Positions 30,281 to 48,740 of a stretch of 64,000 nt of DNA are shown piece by piece; the first letter of the stretch is position 1, and every line of letters begins with the position of its first letter. The DNA comes from the human T2T-CHM13v2.0 reference genome, Homo sapiens. The DNA is taken from NCBI RefSeq assembly GCF_009914755.1, contig NC_060925.1. The stretch is one strand, 5' to 3'. Both the position numbers and the translations under genes were made by a program. The notes beneath the pieces are model-generated. The model saw only the letters and a list, made by a program, of their open reading frames with translations, was not told the DNA's origin and made no database searches.

Positions 30281-33200
30281 TGATAGAGACAGGAGACAGC
30301 CAAGTGTCCCCTGCCCCCAGAACTGGTGAAAGCCTGCCTTCAACCCTAAAACATCCTGAAGGCTGAAAAACCAGACTGCAGGTCCTAGATGAAGCCTGCC
30401 CTTTCCTGACTGATTCTTTCTGAATAATGCCCACCTGAGCACTGGGAGGACAGGGTGGAGCCTCTGGAAGTTCATGTTGTTTGCAGTGGGGAGGAGCATG
30501 GCCTCTCCTGTTCCTGTGTAGCAACCTGAGATTCAATCTGTGAGGTGAGAAAGCTGCTAACAGAATTCTCTCTAGCTTTGTTGAGAGTTATTTTTCCTTT
30601 TTGCCCAATAAATTCCATTTTTTCTCACCCTTATATGTGTCTGTGAGCCTAATCTTTCCTGGGTGTGTGACAAGAGCCCTGTTTTAGCTGAACTAAGGAG
30701 AAAGCTCTGCAACATTTTTGGCACCCAACATGGGGCTTGAGGAAGGGTGAGTAACGTGCAAACCAAAAAATCTTTTTTCCTTTTGCATCTAAGCCTTTTT
30801 GTCCCTGGACTTCTTCTGAGGTTAGAGGAAATCATGCCCCCACGGAACATTGCTCCCAGGGGTAGGGAATGTTGGCCTTTTCCTTCTCTTTTTGGGATGG
30901 ATGTGTGAACTGGTGGCTCCCCAACTCCCTTAAGTTTTTCTCCCTGCTAGAGGAACCCATTGGCATATGAATAAGAAGTTCTTCCCCTAGGCATCTTTCC
31001 AACCCTGCACTTTAATTTCTTTTTCCTTTTCTCTACCCTGTCAGCAGTTAATTTTTATGTGAGAGGTTTTTTTCTTTTTAGAAAATATTTTACTAGGCCG
31101 GGACCCCAACTATCACTGTTTATATTCTCTGTAAAGTTTTAATATTGAAAAAGAATTTGTGAGGTTGGTCTTAAGCTGTAGCCAATCTGGTGTGCTTTGC
31201 ATGACTTTTTCTATGGTCAGTAGCAAACTTTGCTGTAGGCTTTCATTTTGTTTTACATCCTTGGGAGTATGACCTGTAACTATGTAGCAATGTTTTGCTT
31301 AGCCTCTGCCATTTCACAATGGCAGCTGGATTCACTTTTGGCTTAGGATATGAGTCCTTTCTGGTTTGATATCTGTGCAACCTTTGTATTTGTTGATTCT
31401 CTTCCCCTCCACCATGAATCACCTTGGATTTTCCTTTCTCTGAGCCTTTAATAAAGTTTGAAAGCCAGAATTATTGGTCACTTGGTGTGGCTAAAGTCAG
31501 GTAATAGGGGATTTAAAAGGATTTTCTTAAATAGCATTCAGCTTAATTAAAAGTGGGTACACAAGATATAGGTATATTTAAAAGGCCTTTATTTTTTTCT
31601 TTACTTTGACCTTGTTTTGCTGGAAAAGATTTTTTTTGGTTGACTGAATTATTTTTCTCCATTTTACTTTGCCACTTTTCATGCATGCACAAGAGGAGAG
31701 ATACCTCTGTTTTTCTCATGAAACCCCAGGAATTAAAGGCAGATCAATCCCTCTCAAAGTCTGTTTTTGACTCACAGTTATGCCTGTCTATTAAAAGGCC
31801 TTAAAAGTGGAATGTTTTCCTAATCTTGTCTCTTAAAGGGCTCCACTCAGAGTCCAATAATCCAATTAGGAGATTGGCAAACAAAAAATCTTATGGCTGC
31901 TGGGTTTTCTTATGCCTGTCTCTGTAGTTATATATGTGTTGTGTATGTGATGTCTATAAAAAAGAGCTCTAATTAATTGGCCTAAAGGAATACAAGTGCT
32001 TGGATCAAATATTTTTTAAAGGGAAGATAAAAGCTGTGGTACCTTTTAGTTCACATGACTTTAATCTTTGAGAAATAAAAACAGCCTTAAAAATTATTGG
32101 TAAAATGCAGATATCAAAATGTAAATAGGTAAACTAAATTATGCAGGTAAGATACTAGGTTTGCTAAATGTTTTAAGGTTATAAACTGCCTTTAAGAATT
32201 TTCAACTTGCTGGCTTCACCATTGGTAAGGACTGGGATATGTGGAATTAACCATGCCCTTAATTACGCTGGAAGGAGTCAAACCTTGGCTGCATCTAGCA
32301 CATAATTAAAACAACTTATCAGGTTTTACATTAAAGTTAGAATTGCTAGGAGTTACCATTATAACATGTAATTGCAACTACTAGAAATAGATTTACATGT
32401 GAAGTGTGTAAGAACAGTAAGAAGAGTTTTCAGTAAAAGATTGTAAGAAGGCATGGAAATGTAAATTCTTACCTAGGGTTAAAGGATTGCTTTTAATTAG
32501 ATAATATAAAGCTGGATGTTTGAAAAAAAATGATGGAAGGATTGTCAAAGTTAATCTTGCAAAAAATTCCATGTGTGAACATATTGACTAAATTCAAAAT
32601 GGTATTACATGGTTTCTCTGTAAATTGAGCATTGAAATAAAAGTACAACAATGTAATCTGAAGGCACTAATCTGCTCTTTAGCAAAATTTGTAAAGGGTT
32701 ATATAAGGTTTTTGCTTTTTAAAATTTTGAGTCATTTTGGCAAAATAAATTGTAATCTGGAATTCTATTTCATGACAGCAAGTATTTTAAACCTCTAACA
32801 TATTTAACAAGTTTCCCAAAATCAAACTTCAGTTTCAAAATTGTCTTTCCTAATGCCTGGCTTTTGGATGCTACAGAGGGCCCCTGAAGTATCCAGAAGA
32901 GAGGGAAACAACATTTTTGAACATGTTTAGTTACATGGGACTGCCAAAATAGTGTTCAATCTTCTTTCAGTTATATTTTGGTGAATAATACTAATATATG
33001 TTTCATAATTGTATGGGATTTCTAAAATTCTAATGTCTAAAGTGTATGCTATCAATTATAATTAAGGTTGTTAAGTTACTATAAACCACATAGATAACCG
33101 AACTTCTTTGTCAATTGTGTTTCTAACTGCAACTACCCTGGACATTTTGTTATTCACAGACAATTGCTGTCTTGTTTTGATCCTTTTCAAAAATGGCTTA

Positions 33201-36101
33201 TAATAAGCTATAGGACTCTGATAGGTGCTCTCAAATACAAGTTTCTGATACATTTGGAGATTTTAACACTTGAATAAAGAAAAAACACACAGGACTCTTG
33301 AAGAGCTAAAATGTTCATGAATATCAAGCAAAACAAGAGTTAGCTAAATGGACTGAAATATAACACTGAAGCAATCTTTTCGACTTTTGTTTGGAGTAAT
33401 GCTGATCCTCGTTATGTTTTTCAGAATCAAGGAAACTTATTTTGAACTATTTATGGCCTTTAATAATTGAGTAAGGTATACTCCTGTGAACAAAATTTGG
33501 AGCATATTTGTTTCTCTCTCTCTTTGCCTGGCTTCTCCACAATTTGGAAACTAGTTGTACATATTATTAACTTATGGCAATATAGTTGTTTGCATCAGTG
33601 CAATAAGAATCCATTTTCTTTTGCAACTGGATGCAATTGGAGAAACTGGTTGTTTTACCAAGGCTTCAACTGGAAAGGTATGCTTCCCTTTAAGGAGTCA
33701 AGTTCAACTTGCAGCACCAATAAAAGCTCCCTGGGAAAACTGACCTCATACCCTTGTCTATGCAGTCCCTGTACAGGGTTCCTGATCTGTGGTAAGTAAA
33801 GAATATCACTTTTTGACAGGCCCAGGAGCTCCAAGTTTATCTTGGGACCTTAAGAAAAGAGGATTACCCAACTCACAGGTACTCAAGGAAAAAAAACCAA
33901 TGGCTGGGCTTGGCTTTAAAAGGTCTTATCTGAGATTCCTTGTGGAACAGAGTTTCATCAAAGCCAATCTAAAATCCTTATGTAGAAATAATTATTATTG
34001 CTGCACTTTATACAAATAATCAGGCCAAGTGTAAGACTAACTTCTATTTTGCAAAGAAGTCAGTCCTATCATGATTTGTTTTTGTAACAAAAATGAGGAC
34101 TGGAGAGAAAGAAATTATATTTCAAAACTTATCATACATTTGTCATTAGATTCTAGACTCATTAGCTGTTTTTTAAGTTTTGGCCTACACTTTAGACTAA
34201 CTCTGCTTCTTCCTGTGAACCAACTAGCAATTTCTGGCTGCAGCTCAGAAAGAACAAAAGGGATGGATGATATAAAAATCTGGATCAATATTCTAGTTCT
34301 GAGTAATCATCCTGCTAATCCTGCCAGATGATGTGAATAAATAGGGTGCCCACCACCCGGAGGTTTCCTTTTTGGGAAAGTAAGACCAAGGGTGCTGACC
34401 AAAGTCAGGCCCCATGCACCCAAATCTTAGCAAGCATAACTACAGCCACCAGTTATCTGGGCATGTCACAAAACATCCTTTTCTCTTTCTTGTTGGAGGA
34501 GGACACAATTCCACAGCTTCACCTTAGCATTCAGCATATGATAAGGAGTCCATACAACCCTCCCATCTCCCCACCACAAGACACATTTTTGTACTGAACT
34601 CAATTCCAAGCTTTTGGTCAAAGCCCTAGAAATGAAAATTGGATCTGAGGGATCCAGAGGCAGACAATAATGGAGGTTAAAAGGCAGAGTACAGGTAAGT
34701 GTGACTGATTCCTGCCAATTAAGCCAAGCTTCCCATTTCATGGATAAAGGTCACACTAGTGTCCATTGCATAAATGAAATCTAGGGAATTCAAAGGCTAC
34801 TGACAACAGGAGAGATTCAGTGTACGTGGGTAAGAGCAGATACTCCCACCCCTTAGGCCCCTCTGTTAACATGGGTGAAAGCCACTTTGACACCCATGGG
34901 CAGCACCCTGTCACGGTCACTGGGACTTGGTGATAAAAGGATGGTGAAAAGAAAGAGGAATGCCTCATTTTCCCTCCCTCATGTACCCCAGGTATTCATT
35001 AGGAAGAGAAGGGAGCCAGGGATGCCTTGCTCCCCATTCTTCTAGATGAATAGCCGTTCATCTTCAGTCTGTACCCCTTTTGAATGCATCCTGAACCCCT
35101 GGGACTCCTTTGAAAAAAAAATTCTTCTTTTTTCCTTTCTCCTCTTCCCTCTCTTCACTGATAAGTAACTGTGTCTCCATACTATGGGACACTCCTTTGG
35201 ATGCATCCTCCAAAGTAGGAAAAGTTAATTTCCCAAACCTTAAACTGGTTAGAATTGGGCTAGGGGAAGGGAACCCAGAAACCTGACATGCCAGAAAAAA
35301 GGTAAATTTTTTTTCCAGTCAAGTTTTTGCCCCCTTCCCATCCCTGTACAAACTGGTAAAAGGCCCTGGAATTTTTTAGCTCTCCTTAACCAGCACCCCT
35401 TTTGTTTCATTTTGATACATGTCTTCTAATAACCCAGTTTGTCTCTTCTCACCTTCAGGCCATCAAACTCCAAACAGTCATGCAACCAGAGCCTTGGATG
35501 ATGGCCTCTTCTGCCAGGGACCCTTAGATAGGCCTCTGAGGGAGATCTGACTGCTGTTTTCCCAAAACAGCACCCCCTGTCAGCAGGAAGGAGTTAAGAT
35601 CAATCTTCATGCTTATCCTTATCCTTATTCTAACAGCAGTTAAATGTGCTTCTTTAGAAGGGGTAATGATAGAGACAGGAGGCAGCCAAGGGTTCCCTGC
35701 ACTCCCCAGCAAACCCCGCCTTCAAGCCTAAAATAGCCTGAAGGCTGAAAAACCAGACTGCCAGTTCTGGATGAAGCTCGCCCTTTCCCAGTTTATTCTT
35801 TCTGAATAATGCCCACCTGTGCAGTAGGAGGATGGGGTGCAACCTCAGGAAATTTGTGCCATTTGCAGTGGGGAGGAGCCTGGCCTTTCCTGTTCCTGTG
35901 TGGTGACCAAGGACTCAATCTATGAGACGGGAAACGTGCTAGCAGAACTCTGTCACTTTGCTGAGAGTTATTTTTTCTTTTTCCTTTTTGCCCTATAAAT
36001 TCCATTTTCCTCACCCTTCTGTTGTGTTCGCAAGCCTAATCTTTCCTGGTCATGTGACAAGAGCCCAGTTTTAGCTGAACTAAGGAGAAAGTTCTGCAAC
36101 A
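30281..36101 (+). mobile_element. Complete non-coding ERV1 provirus, MER61-like (MER4 group): LTR 30281-30714, LTR 35667-36101
   Basis: Direct repeats of about 434 bp (TGATAGAGACAGG...TGCAACA), PBS TGGCACCCAACATGGGGC at about 30719-30736, PPT AGAAGGGGTAA, TSD GTAG on both sides. Confidence 0.92.
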
Positions 36102-36105
36102 GTAG

Positions 36106-36410
36106 TATGCTGTTTCCTCTGCCTAAAATCTCTACTTAAACCTCTCCATCAGAAGGATTTCCACACCAAACCAAAACATCCTTCCAGACCCAGCTCAAAT
36201 GCCTCCTCGGGGAAGCCTTCCCTCATTCCTTCTCTATCCAGAAGACCTCTCCCTCTGAGATTCTCAATGCACTTGCATGTTTTTAGTTATCTTGAGAGGC
36301 TGAAGGCAAAGAGCAGCACATGACACAACACAGGAGCTGAAAATAGGATGACTGAATGAATGACCAAGTAATGAATGAATGGCTAAGTGATAGATGAATG
36401 AATTAATGAA
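36106..36410 (+). mobile_element. L2 3' fragment
   Basis: ccagctcaaatgcctcctc...gaagccttcc; (GAAT)n end. Confidence 0.6.
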
Positions 36411-36629
36411 GAGATGGCTTGTGCTAAGAGAAGAGATAGCATTTGAATTGAGATTTCAAGAGGGATCAGATTTTCAAACCAGGAATAAGGTAGGTCAAGT
36501 TTAGGCTCTTGACAATGCTACACCTCTTAGCCTCGTAGCATTGACCCACTCACGATCTGCTTGCTGGCAGAGAGATTGTCCCACTTCTCCCAAAAATAAG
36601 GTTATGAAACCCTAGTGCTACAAGCTTGG

Positions 36630-36845
36630 GAGGCAGATCTGGGCTGGAATCCTCCATCCCTTTCTCTGGGGTGAGCCAGCAAGTTTACCTAATCTCTCTT
36701 AGCCCTCAATTTTCCTTATCTATGGAGTGAGAAAAACAGTATCCAAATTCTAGTTTGGTTGTTAGGATTTAAGTAGATAATGTCTGTAAAACATTTAGCT
36801 CTGTTACTGGCACAAAGTAAATGGTAGCTATTGTATTATTATCAT
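36630..36845 (+). mobile_element. MIR SINE
   Basis: cctcaattttccttatctat core. Confidence 0.7.
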
Positions 36846-39091
36846 CACTTCCTCCCTGGGATCCCCAGGGCCTATGATGTTAGTAAGTGAAAGAGCTGCC
36901 TGACCTGGTTGCTGCCCTTTGACACATTTTGAATCCCCAGTGACTGCTTCTACTTGCCAAGCTTTTACCTCCAGAAGTCAGGGCCCATGATTTGTGATTT
37001 TTCCCCAGCTAGGTGTATGTGTTTTGGGGACCCTGAGGACCTGGGTGCCCCAGGTGACTGAGCCCAGCCTAGGAGTTTATTCCTGGAGAAGGCTCTGCAG
37101 TGACCCCAGTGCTTTCTGTGTGTGGATTTTGGCGGGGCAGCTGCTGCTGAGCCCAGGAAAGCTGGGCTGTGAGACCTGGCCCCTCTTGGGTGGACCACAG
37201 CCTCCTTGTGTGTCAGAGAAGAGCTGGCCCACCCACCTAGAGAAAGTGAAGGGAAAGCTGGGCTGCTCCAAGTCCAGGTCAGACCAGAATTTATTGTGTG
37301 GGTTTCTCTTAACCCAAAAGGTTTCCTTAGCGAGGAGAGGAGGGGAGGGGAGAGGAGGAGCTACAAGCTAAGACTCTTCTACCCAAGCACCTGCTCCATG
37401 TTGGATTCTTTGGGATCCTCTACAGCAGGGCCTTTCACGATTTGAGAATGGCCCAGTTCTCTTCTGTCTGTTGAAGCTTCTGCTACATTTTAAAGAAATG
37501 GATAAAAGCTATAACGGGATCATAAAAAGGGCAATTTATAAATTATTAATTAATGTTTTTGACAAAAAATGTATAACTGTATAATCACATTGGGAGAAAG
37601 TATAGGGCTCACATTTCAGGCTTTCTGGGCAGGGGAGACTCGGGCCCTCCTAGCCCTGCGCCTGCACACCTGGCTGTCTGATGTGGCCCTCCAGGTGGCG
37701 ATGGACATGAGGGAACATGTGGTATGTCTGAGGAGAGCAGGCTGTGAATGTGAGAAGAAGGGAACTGGCTGTAGCAATACAAGGTGGGTGCCCCTGGATC
37801 TGGGTGTGAGGACTCAAGGACCCCAGTCCTTCCTTCCACAGCCTTCCCCAGCCTTGGAACCACTCCAGGCCTGTCTCCTGTTAGTTTGTAAGTGGTCGTT
37901 TCCTTGACTCTGGGAACGCAACCAAGTCCCGTTATTGCAGGATGGATTCCCACACCCTGCCCTGGGCCCCAGGAGTGCTGCTGTCCCTGCCTGGACTATG
38001 GGTTGCTTTCTGGGGCCCTGAATATGGGAAGAGCAAGACTGAGGCATAGGGACCTGAGGAAAGAGAGGGTAGCCAGAATAACCATAAGGATTGTCTCAGG
38101 GCCTAGAGAATCTCTGTGTCGAGAAAAGCAGAAGTGATGCCCCTTGGGCTTTGTGTTAGGCGGATGGGTTGGGGGCAGCTGGGTGGGCTCGCCAGTCTAA
38201 CCAGGCACAGAGCTGACTTGCTTCCTCTCAGACCCTGTGGCTATCTCTGGTCCAGAGAATCCAGTAGAAGCCTTTGTGCTTGTCCAGAGGCCCAGTGGCC
38301 CCCAGGTCTTCCTCTTCACTCCCCAGTCCCCCTCCATCAGCACTTCTCTGCCTAAGGAGCTCCAATAGTCTGATACCAAAAGGCCAGAAGATGCAGGTCC
38401 TCAATGCCAGGCAAGGGGTGCGACTTCTCAACAGTAGTGCTTGAAGCTCCAGCATGGATATGTGCAGATTGGTAGGAGGTCATGGAGACTCGGGGGTGCA
38501 TGCAAGTCGTTGCTGTGGAAACAGCTCAAGCGTGAGGCGCTGGGGGCCAAGGGGGAAAGCAGCGGGTGGAGGAAGGGTCAGCTTCTAGTTCTGTGAGAGG
38601 CTGGGAGACTGTTTGAGCCTGGAGACAGGCGGCAGGCAGAGCCAGTGTTAGGCACCATTGCAGCACCATCAGGTCTCCTAGGACAGAAGAAGGGATTGCT
38701 TCTGTCCTCTCTGAAGATACCCTGACTGGGAACGGTGGTGGTCTGGGATGTGGGGGGACCCCTGGCCTCTTACAGCTCTGCCCCTGACTCGGTCTTGGGA
38801 AATCCACACCATTACTTCCCAAGACTGCCTGCTGGATCACTGTGGCTCAAAATGGGTGGCTTTGCAGAGAATTCTCCTTATTTACGCTCTGCCAATAACT
38901 GGAGCCTCTTCCAGGCAGACCATTGTGGGGGTGACTGATAGTGCCAGTGACTACAGTTTAGTCAGCCTGCTAGCTCTGTATTTCACTCCCCTTGAGGAGG
39001 TGCTGGCAGAAATCCCAGGAGCCCCATGAGGCTTCCTTTTCTATGCTGGCTGAGGAAGCCACAGCACTGGAAAATTACTGTAAATGTGCGT

Positions 39092-39124
39092 CTGGCGCCA
39101 CCTAGTGATCGAGGCCCTCCTGCA
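39092..39124 (-). promoter_or_regulatory. Candidate CTCF site (core plus upstream motif)
   Basis: Minus strand TGCAGGAGGGCCTCGATCACTAGGTGGCGCCAG. Confidence 0.6.
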
Positions 39125-39174
39125 CCCTGTCAGACAGCTCTCTCAGGAAAGCAGTTTGCCTTCTTGCAGTGCAC

Positions 39175-39483
39175 ACTTCCTCAGGCTTTGGTGTGTGTGA
39201 CGGTCACCTAGGATGCTTGTCAAAAATGAGGACTCCTGGCCGGGCGCAGTGACTCATGGCTGTAATCTCAGTACTTTGGGAGGCCGAAACAGGAGGATCG
39301 TTTGAACCCAGGAGTTCAAGACCACCCTGGGTGACATGGCGAGATCCCCCACAAAAATTCCTGGGCTCCAGACCCTGAGGTTTTAACTTAGTTTGTCTGG
39401 GGAGGAATCTAATAATGTGTTTTCCTAACTAGTATCTCAGGAATTTGTAAGGCAAGTCTCTGGACTACATTTTGAGAACCAGT
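39175..39483. mobile_element. MER5A-like MITE containing a FLAM monomer (about 39238-39358)
   Basis: Ends in tttgagaaccagt; Alu left monomer inside. Confidence 0.65.
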
Positions 39484-39721
39484 CTCTTGAAGGACCATGC
39501 CTCTTAAGTGTCTGCTTTGCACAGATCATTATGTGCACTCACTGAGTTTTGAGAACTGTACTGAACACTCCTAAATCTGTATCTTTAGGCAAAGTCTCTT
39601 GAGTTTCAGCTGCTATTTTTTGACTGGTTGCTTTCTGTCTCCAGAACAGACGCACAGAATTATCATGGCCAGCTCTGAATTTTTAATCTCTTTACATCAT
39701 CCCAAACCGCCAAATAACCCT

Positions 39722-40508
39722 TGTATTAGTCAGGGTTCTCCAGACAAACAGGATGTACATATATTTGGAAAGAGATTTATTAGAAAGAATGGGCTCATGT
39801 AATGATGGAGGCTGAGGGGTCCCAGGATCTGCAGTCAACAAGATGGAGACCCAGGAGAGCTGATGGTTGAGTTCTCATCCAAAAGCCAGAAGGCTTGAGA
39901 CCCAAGAAGAACTGATATTTCAGTGCAAATATAAAGGCAGGGAAAGTTTGTGTCCTGGCTCAAGGCAGTCAGGCAGGAGGATTTCCCTCTTAAAGGAGGG
40001 CCAGACATTTTGTACTAATCAGGCCTTCAACTCATTGGATGAAGGCCACTCACAATTAGGGAGCGCAATTTGCTTTATTCAGTCTACTGATTCAAATGTT
40101 AATCTCTTCCAAAAACACCTTCACAGACAGTCCCAGAGATAATGTTTGACCAACTTGACCCCATGGCCAAGTCAAGCTGACACAAAAAATTAACCAGCAC
40201 AAGTCTACTCCTTCTCAACTTGGCATGCATATGCATGTACTTGAACCATGCTAATCTCCAAACAAAGATGGTAACATGGTCATAATTTCACCTACACTGA
40301 TACAACTGTCCTTTGTACAACAGAAAACACACTAAACCCTTCCACAGAGGAAGAAGCAATGTCTTTGAGCTATGTTCACTCTTCTCTGTGACATACCAAA
40401 ACTTAAATACTATCATATAAAATTAGCAATACTTAAATACTATGACATAAAGTTAATACATCTTATGTTACATGATAAGGGGAAAAGAGGAGGAAAACAA
40501 AGATATTC

Positions 40509-40542
<34 letters not shown>

Positions 40543-41676
40543 TATGCACACGTATACATATCTTGTTACCTTCTTCCACTACCCATTACATATTTCCCTT
40601 ATCTTCAGCAAGCACCTCAGCTGTTTGTGGTTCTTTACCTGGTGGGGTGATATAAACCTTTTGTCTGAAGGGTTTGAGCCATTAATAATCTTGTCTGAAT
40701 TGCGTTGTTTTGCTTTTCCATTGACCTTCATCACAGAGCATGATAATACTAAGAGATATCCTAAGGGATCTACTATATTCCAGAATACTCCTCTTTACCT
40801 TCACTGTGGAGCAGTAGTCCAATTTCCCCTTGGTGTCCAGATTGATCATCCCAGCTGACACTGTAACTTCCTTCTTGGGCTGTTGACTTGGAGGAGCGCA
40901 ACGTGTCTGAGTGTCATTCTTAACTTCCAGTTCAATAGAACCATTGTTGTGTCTCTTGGTGAAGCATTCCTCCCTTTGGAACAAACATCTCTTAGCCACC
41001 TGAGCATAAGGCCATAGGAACAGGAAGCAAACATTTTGCTAGTGGGTCATTAAGGGTAGTACTGAGTAGTGTCACTCCCATTTTCATCCCTTGATTCCTG
41101 AACCTATAAATCCTGGCTATGAGAAAAAGAGCACCATGTACTAGATGCTGATTCAGAGCATATATAGCTTTGTGGAAAACCTTGCCCTAACCCTGAAAGG
41201 TATTGCCACCTAGCTGGCACTGTAACTGAATCTTCAAAAGGCCATTCCACTGTTCTATCAAGCCAGCTGATTAAGGATGGTAGAAAACATGGTGAGACCA
41301 TTGAGTTCCATGAGCGTGCACCCACTGCCCCACTTCTTCCTGCCTGACTGCTTTTGTACTGAAACACTGTTTTTGTTTTTTTGTTTTCTACCTTCAAACT
41401 CTAACTCAAACATTGGCTCTTCCTGGGTCTCAAGCCTGCCAGCCTTTGGACTAGAACTACACCATCAGCTCTCCTGAGTTCCAGCTTGCTCACTGCAGAT
41501 CTTAGAATTTGTCAGTCTTCATAATTGCATGAGCTAATTTCCTATAATAAATAAACAAAGAAACAATCTCCCACAGAACTCTGACAAATGCAGATTTTGG
41601 TACTGACAGTAATGTTTGACCAATTGTCTGGGCAACCCATGGTGCAGTCAGGTTGACACATAAAATTAACAATCAT
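39722..41676 (-). mobile_element. ERVL remnant: MLT2 LTR (39722-40201), internal integrase/dUTPase region (to about 41345), further MLT2 pieces
   Basis: tgtattagtcagggttctccag...aaaattaaccagcaca; minus-strand DTTMVLLNWKLR and SQQPKKEVTVSAGMI match the ERVL dUTPase-like region. Confidence 0.8.
40511..40539. repeat. (CA)n microsatellite
   Basis: Seen directly. Confidence 0.95.
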
Positions 41677-41689
41677 AACTTTTTTGCTT

Positions 41690-42120
41690 TCATTTAGCTG
41701 TTTTAGGAACCATCATATTCCCAGTCACCAAACTAGAAAGCAGGGAATTATCCTTGAGTCTGTCTTCTTCCTTACTTCCCCATAGCTATTCAGTGATTTA
41801 TGCTGATTTTGCCTCACAGACCTCTGTCTTCTCCTCTCTATCCCGCCTACTATTTGAGTTCAGGCCTTTCTCCATTATTTCATAGATATTTCGATTGCCT
41901 CCTAACTGGTTTTACTGATTCTCTCTTGCCCCTTCTTAAATCCATGCTTGATACACTAGCCAAAGGGATATATTTGTTGGTTCACTGTTTAAAACACCTC
42001 AATAGTTTCCCATCTCCTAGAGCAGGAATTGGCAACGTTTTCCTATAAAAAGGCACATAGTAAATATTTTAGGCTTTGCAAACCATATGGCTTCAGTCAC
42101 AACTACTCAGTTCTACTGTT
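41690..42120 (+). mobile_element. L2 fragment followed by a MER58-like fragment (about 42020-42120)
   Basis: ccagtcaccaaactagaaag...cctcctaactggt; gcaggaattggcaac...atagtaaatattttaggctttgc. Confidence 0.6.
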
Positions 42121-42124
42121 TTAG

Positions 42125-46859
<4,735 letters not shown>

Positions 46860-46860
<1 letters not shown>

Positions 46861-47075
46861 TGTCCAGACTGCCTTGGTTGAAATCATGGCTCTATCACTT
46901 ACTAGGTATGTAATGTTGAGAAAGTTTCCTAATGTTTCTAGGCCTCAGTTTCCTCATACGCAGAAACTTAATAATACTTACCTCATTAGGTTGTTTTGAG
47001 ATTTAAATAAGTTAATATTTGCGCGGTGGTTGGAAATGTATGGCATCTAGTAAAAAACTCTAAGTATTTATTAAA
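46860..47075 (+). mobile_element. MIR SINE
   Basis: gcctcagtttcctcat core. Confidence 0.75.
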
Positions 47076-48740
47076 TAAACTAATTAAATAAAAAGAAATC
47101 CATATAAGGATGACACAGAAATTCACAACTGAACAGATGATTATCTGATCAAAGACAAGGATGCAAGACAAAAATATAGTGGAAGAATATCTTTAATTTG
47201 CTAAGAGAAAAACAACTAAAATTATATAACAAAATACTTTCCAAATACAAGGATGAAATAAATTCATTTTTAGGCAAACAAAATCTGAAAGAGTTGATCA
47301 CAAAGGACCATCATTAAAAGGTATTCCTAAGAGTATTCTTTAAAAAGAAGAAAAACCATTCTAAGGGAAATATCTGAGGTGTGAGAAAGAATGAGAAAAT
47401 AAAACAATAAAGATGTGAGTAAATCTACGTAGTACATAGTAATGCCTCATGAAATTTAGAAAAAGAATGACAATAGCATGACAACAATAGCACATAGGTT
47501 GCAAGGGGATGGTCACCGTTAGAGTTCTGAGCTTCTCTTATTTTTTCAGAGGATAGTAAGAAGATTGATTAACTGATTAGTATGCATGTTAGCATTTCTA
47601 GATTACTATAATGTGAGAAAAAGAGTGAAAAGCTTCTAAACTAGTGAAGTAGAAAAATGTAATATGAAAATGTATTTAATTCAAAAGAAGACAGGAAAGA
47701 AGAAAATAATTTAAGTGAGAGAAATAGAATTTATAAAAAAGATGTTAGAAAATCATATGTCAGTTATAATAATAAATATGAATGTCTTAAAAGCTCTAGC
47801 TAAAAAATAAAGACTGTCAGACTAGATTTTTAGAAATTCATCTATGTGTTAAGAGACACTGCTGAAAACTAAGGATACAGGCTTGGCGCAGTGGCTCACA
47901 CATGTAATCCCAGTACTTTGGGAGGCCGAGGCGGGTGGATCACTTGAGGTCTGAAGTTTGAGACCAGCCTGGCCAACATTGGTGAAATCCCATCTCTACT
48001 AAAAATACAAAAATTAGCCGGGCACAGTGGCGTACACCTGTAATTCCCACTACTTGGAAGGCTGAGGCATGAGAATCCAGGAGGTTGCAGTGAGCCAAGA
48101 TCATACCACTGCACTCCAACCTGGGTGACAGAGAGAGATTCTGTCTCAAAAAAAAAAAAACAAAACAAAACTAAGGATACAAAGAGACTGAATGCAAATG
48201 CAAAAGGATGAAAAAATGGGAAAAATATATGTCAGGCAAATGTTACCTTTGAAAGTAGTGCAGTTATATATTAAAATCAGCAAAATAGACTTTGAGGCAA
48301 ATAGCATTATTAGAATTAAAGAAATCACCCATAAAAAGATTTACTTACCAGAAAAAGTAGCATTCTAAACTTATATGCACCTAATGTCCCTGATCTATAA
48401 AAAGCAAAATTGACAGACGTACAGAGAGAAATATATTATTCCATCGTGATGGATTTTATCACACTTTCTCAGTAACTAATGGATCAGTCCTGACAGAAAA
48501 TCAGTAAAGATATTGACGATTTGAACAACACAATTATCTAATGGACATATATGAAATTTCGCATCCAACAACTAGGGAATACACATTTCCGTCAAACACA
48601 CATAAAACCAATTTTTGTAAATGCTGGCCTTAAACATCCATATATTTAAACACTTAGAAACATATTTTTAAATAATTTATGGGTTATAAAATTAATCACA
48701 CTGGAAATTAGATATTACTTAGGTTTTGGGAAACAAACCT

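Noticed and set aside
33467-34968. ORFs in the MER61-like internal region as retroviral genes
   Set aside because: Short, with no gag, pol or env motifs
36965-39211. Many overlapping 60-125 aa ORFs
   Set aside because: Expected in GC-richer DNA; no recognisable homology or exon structure
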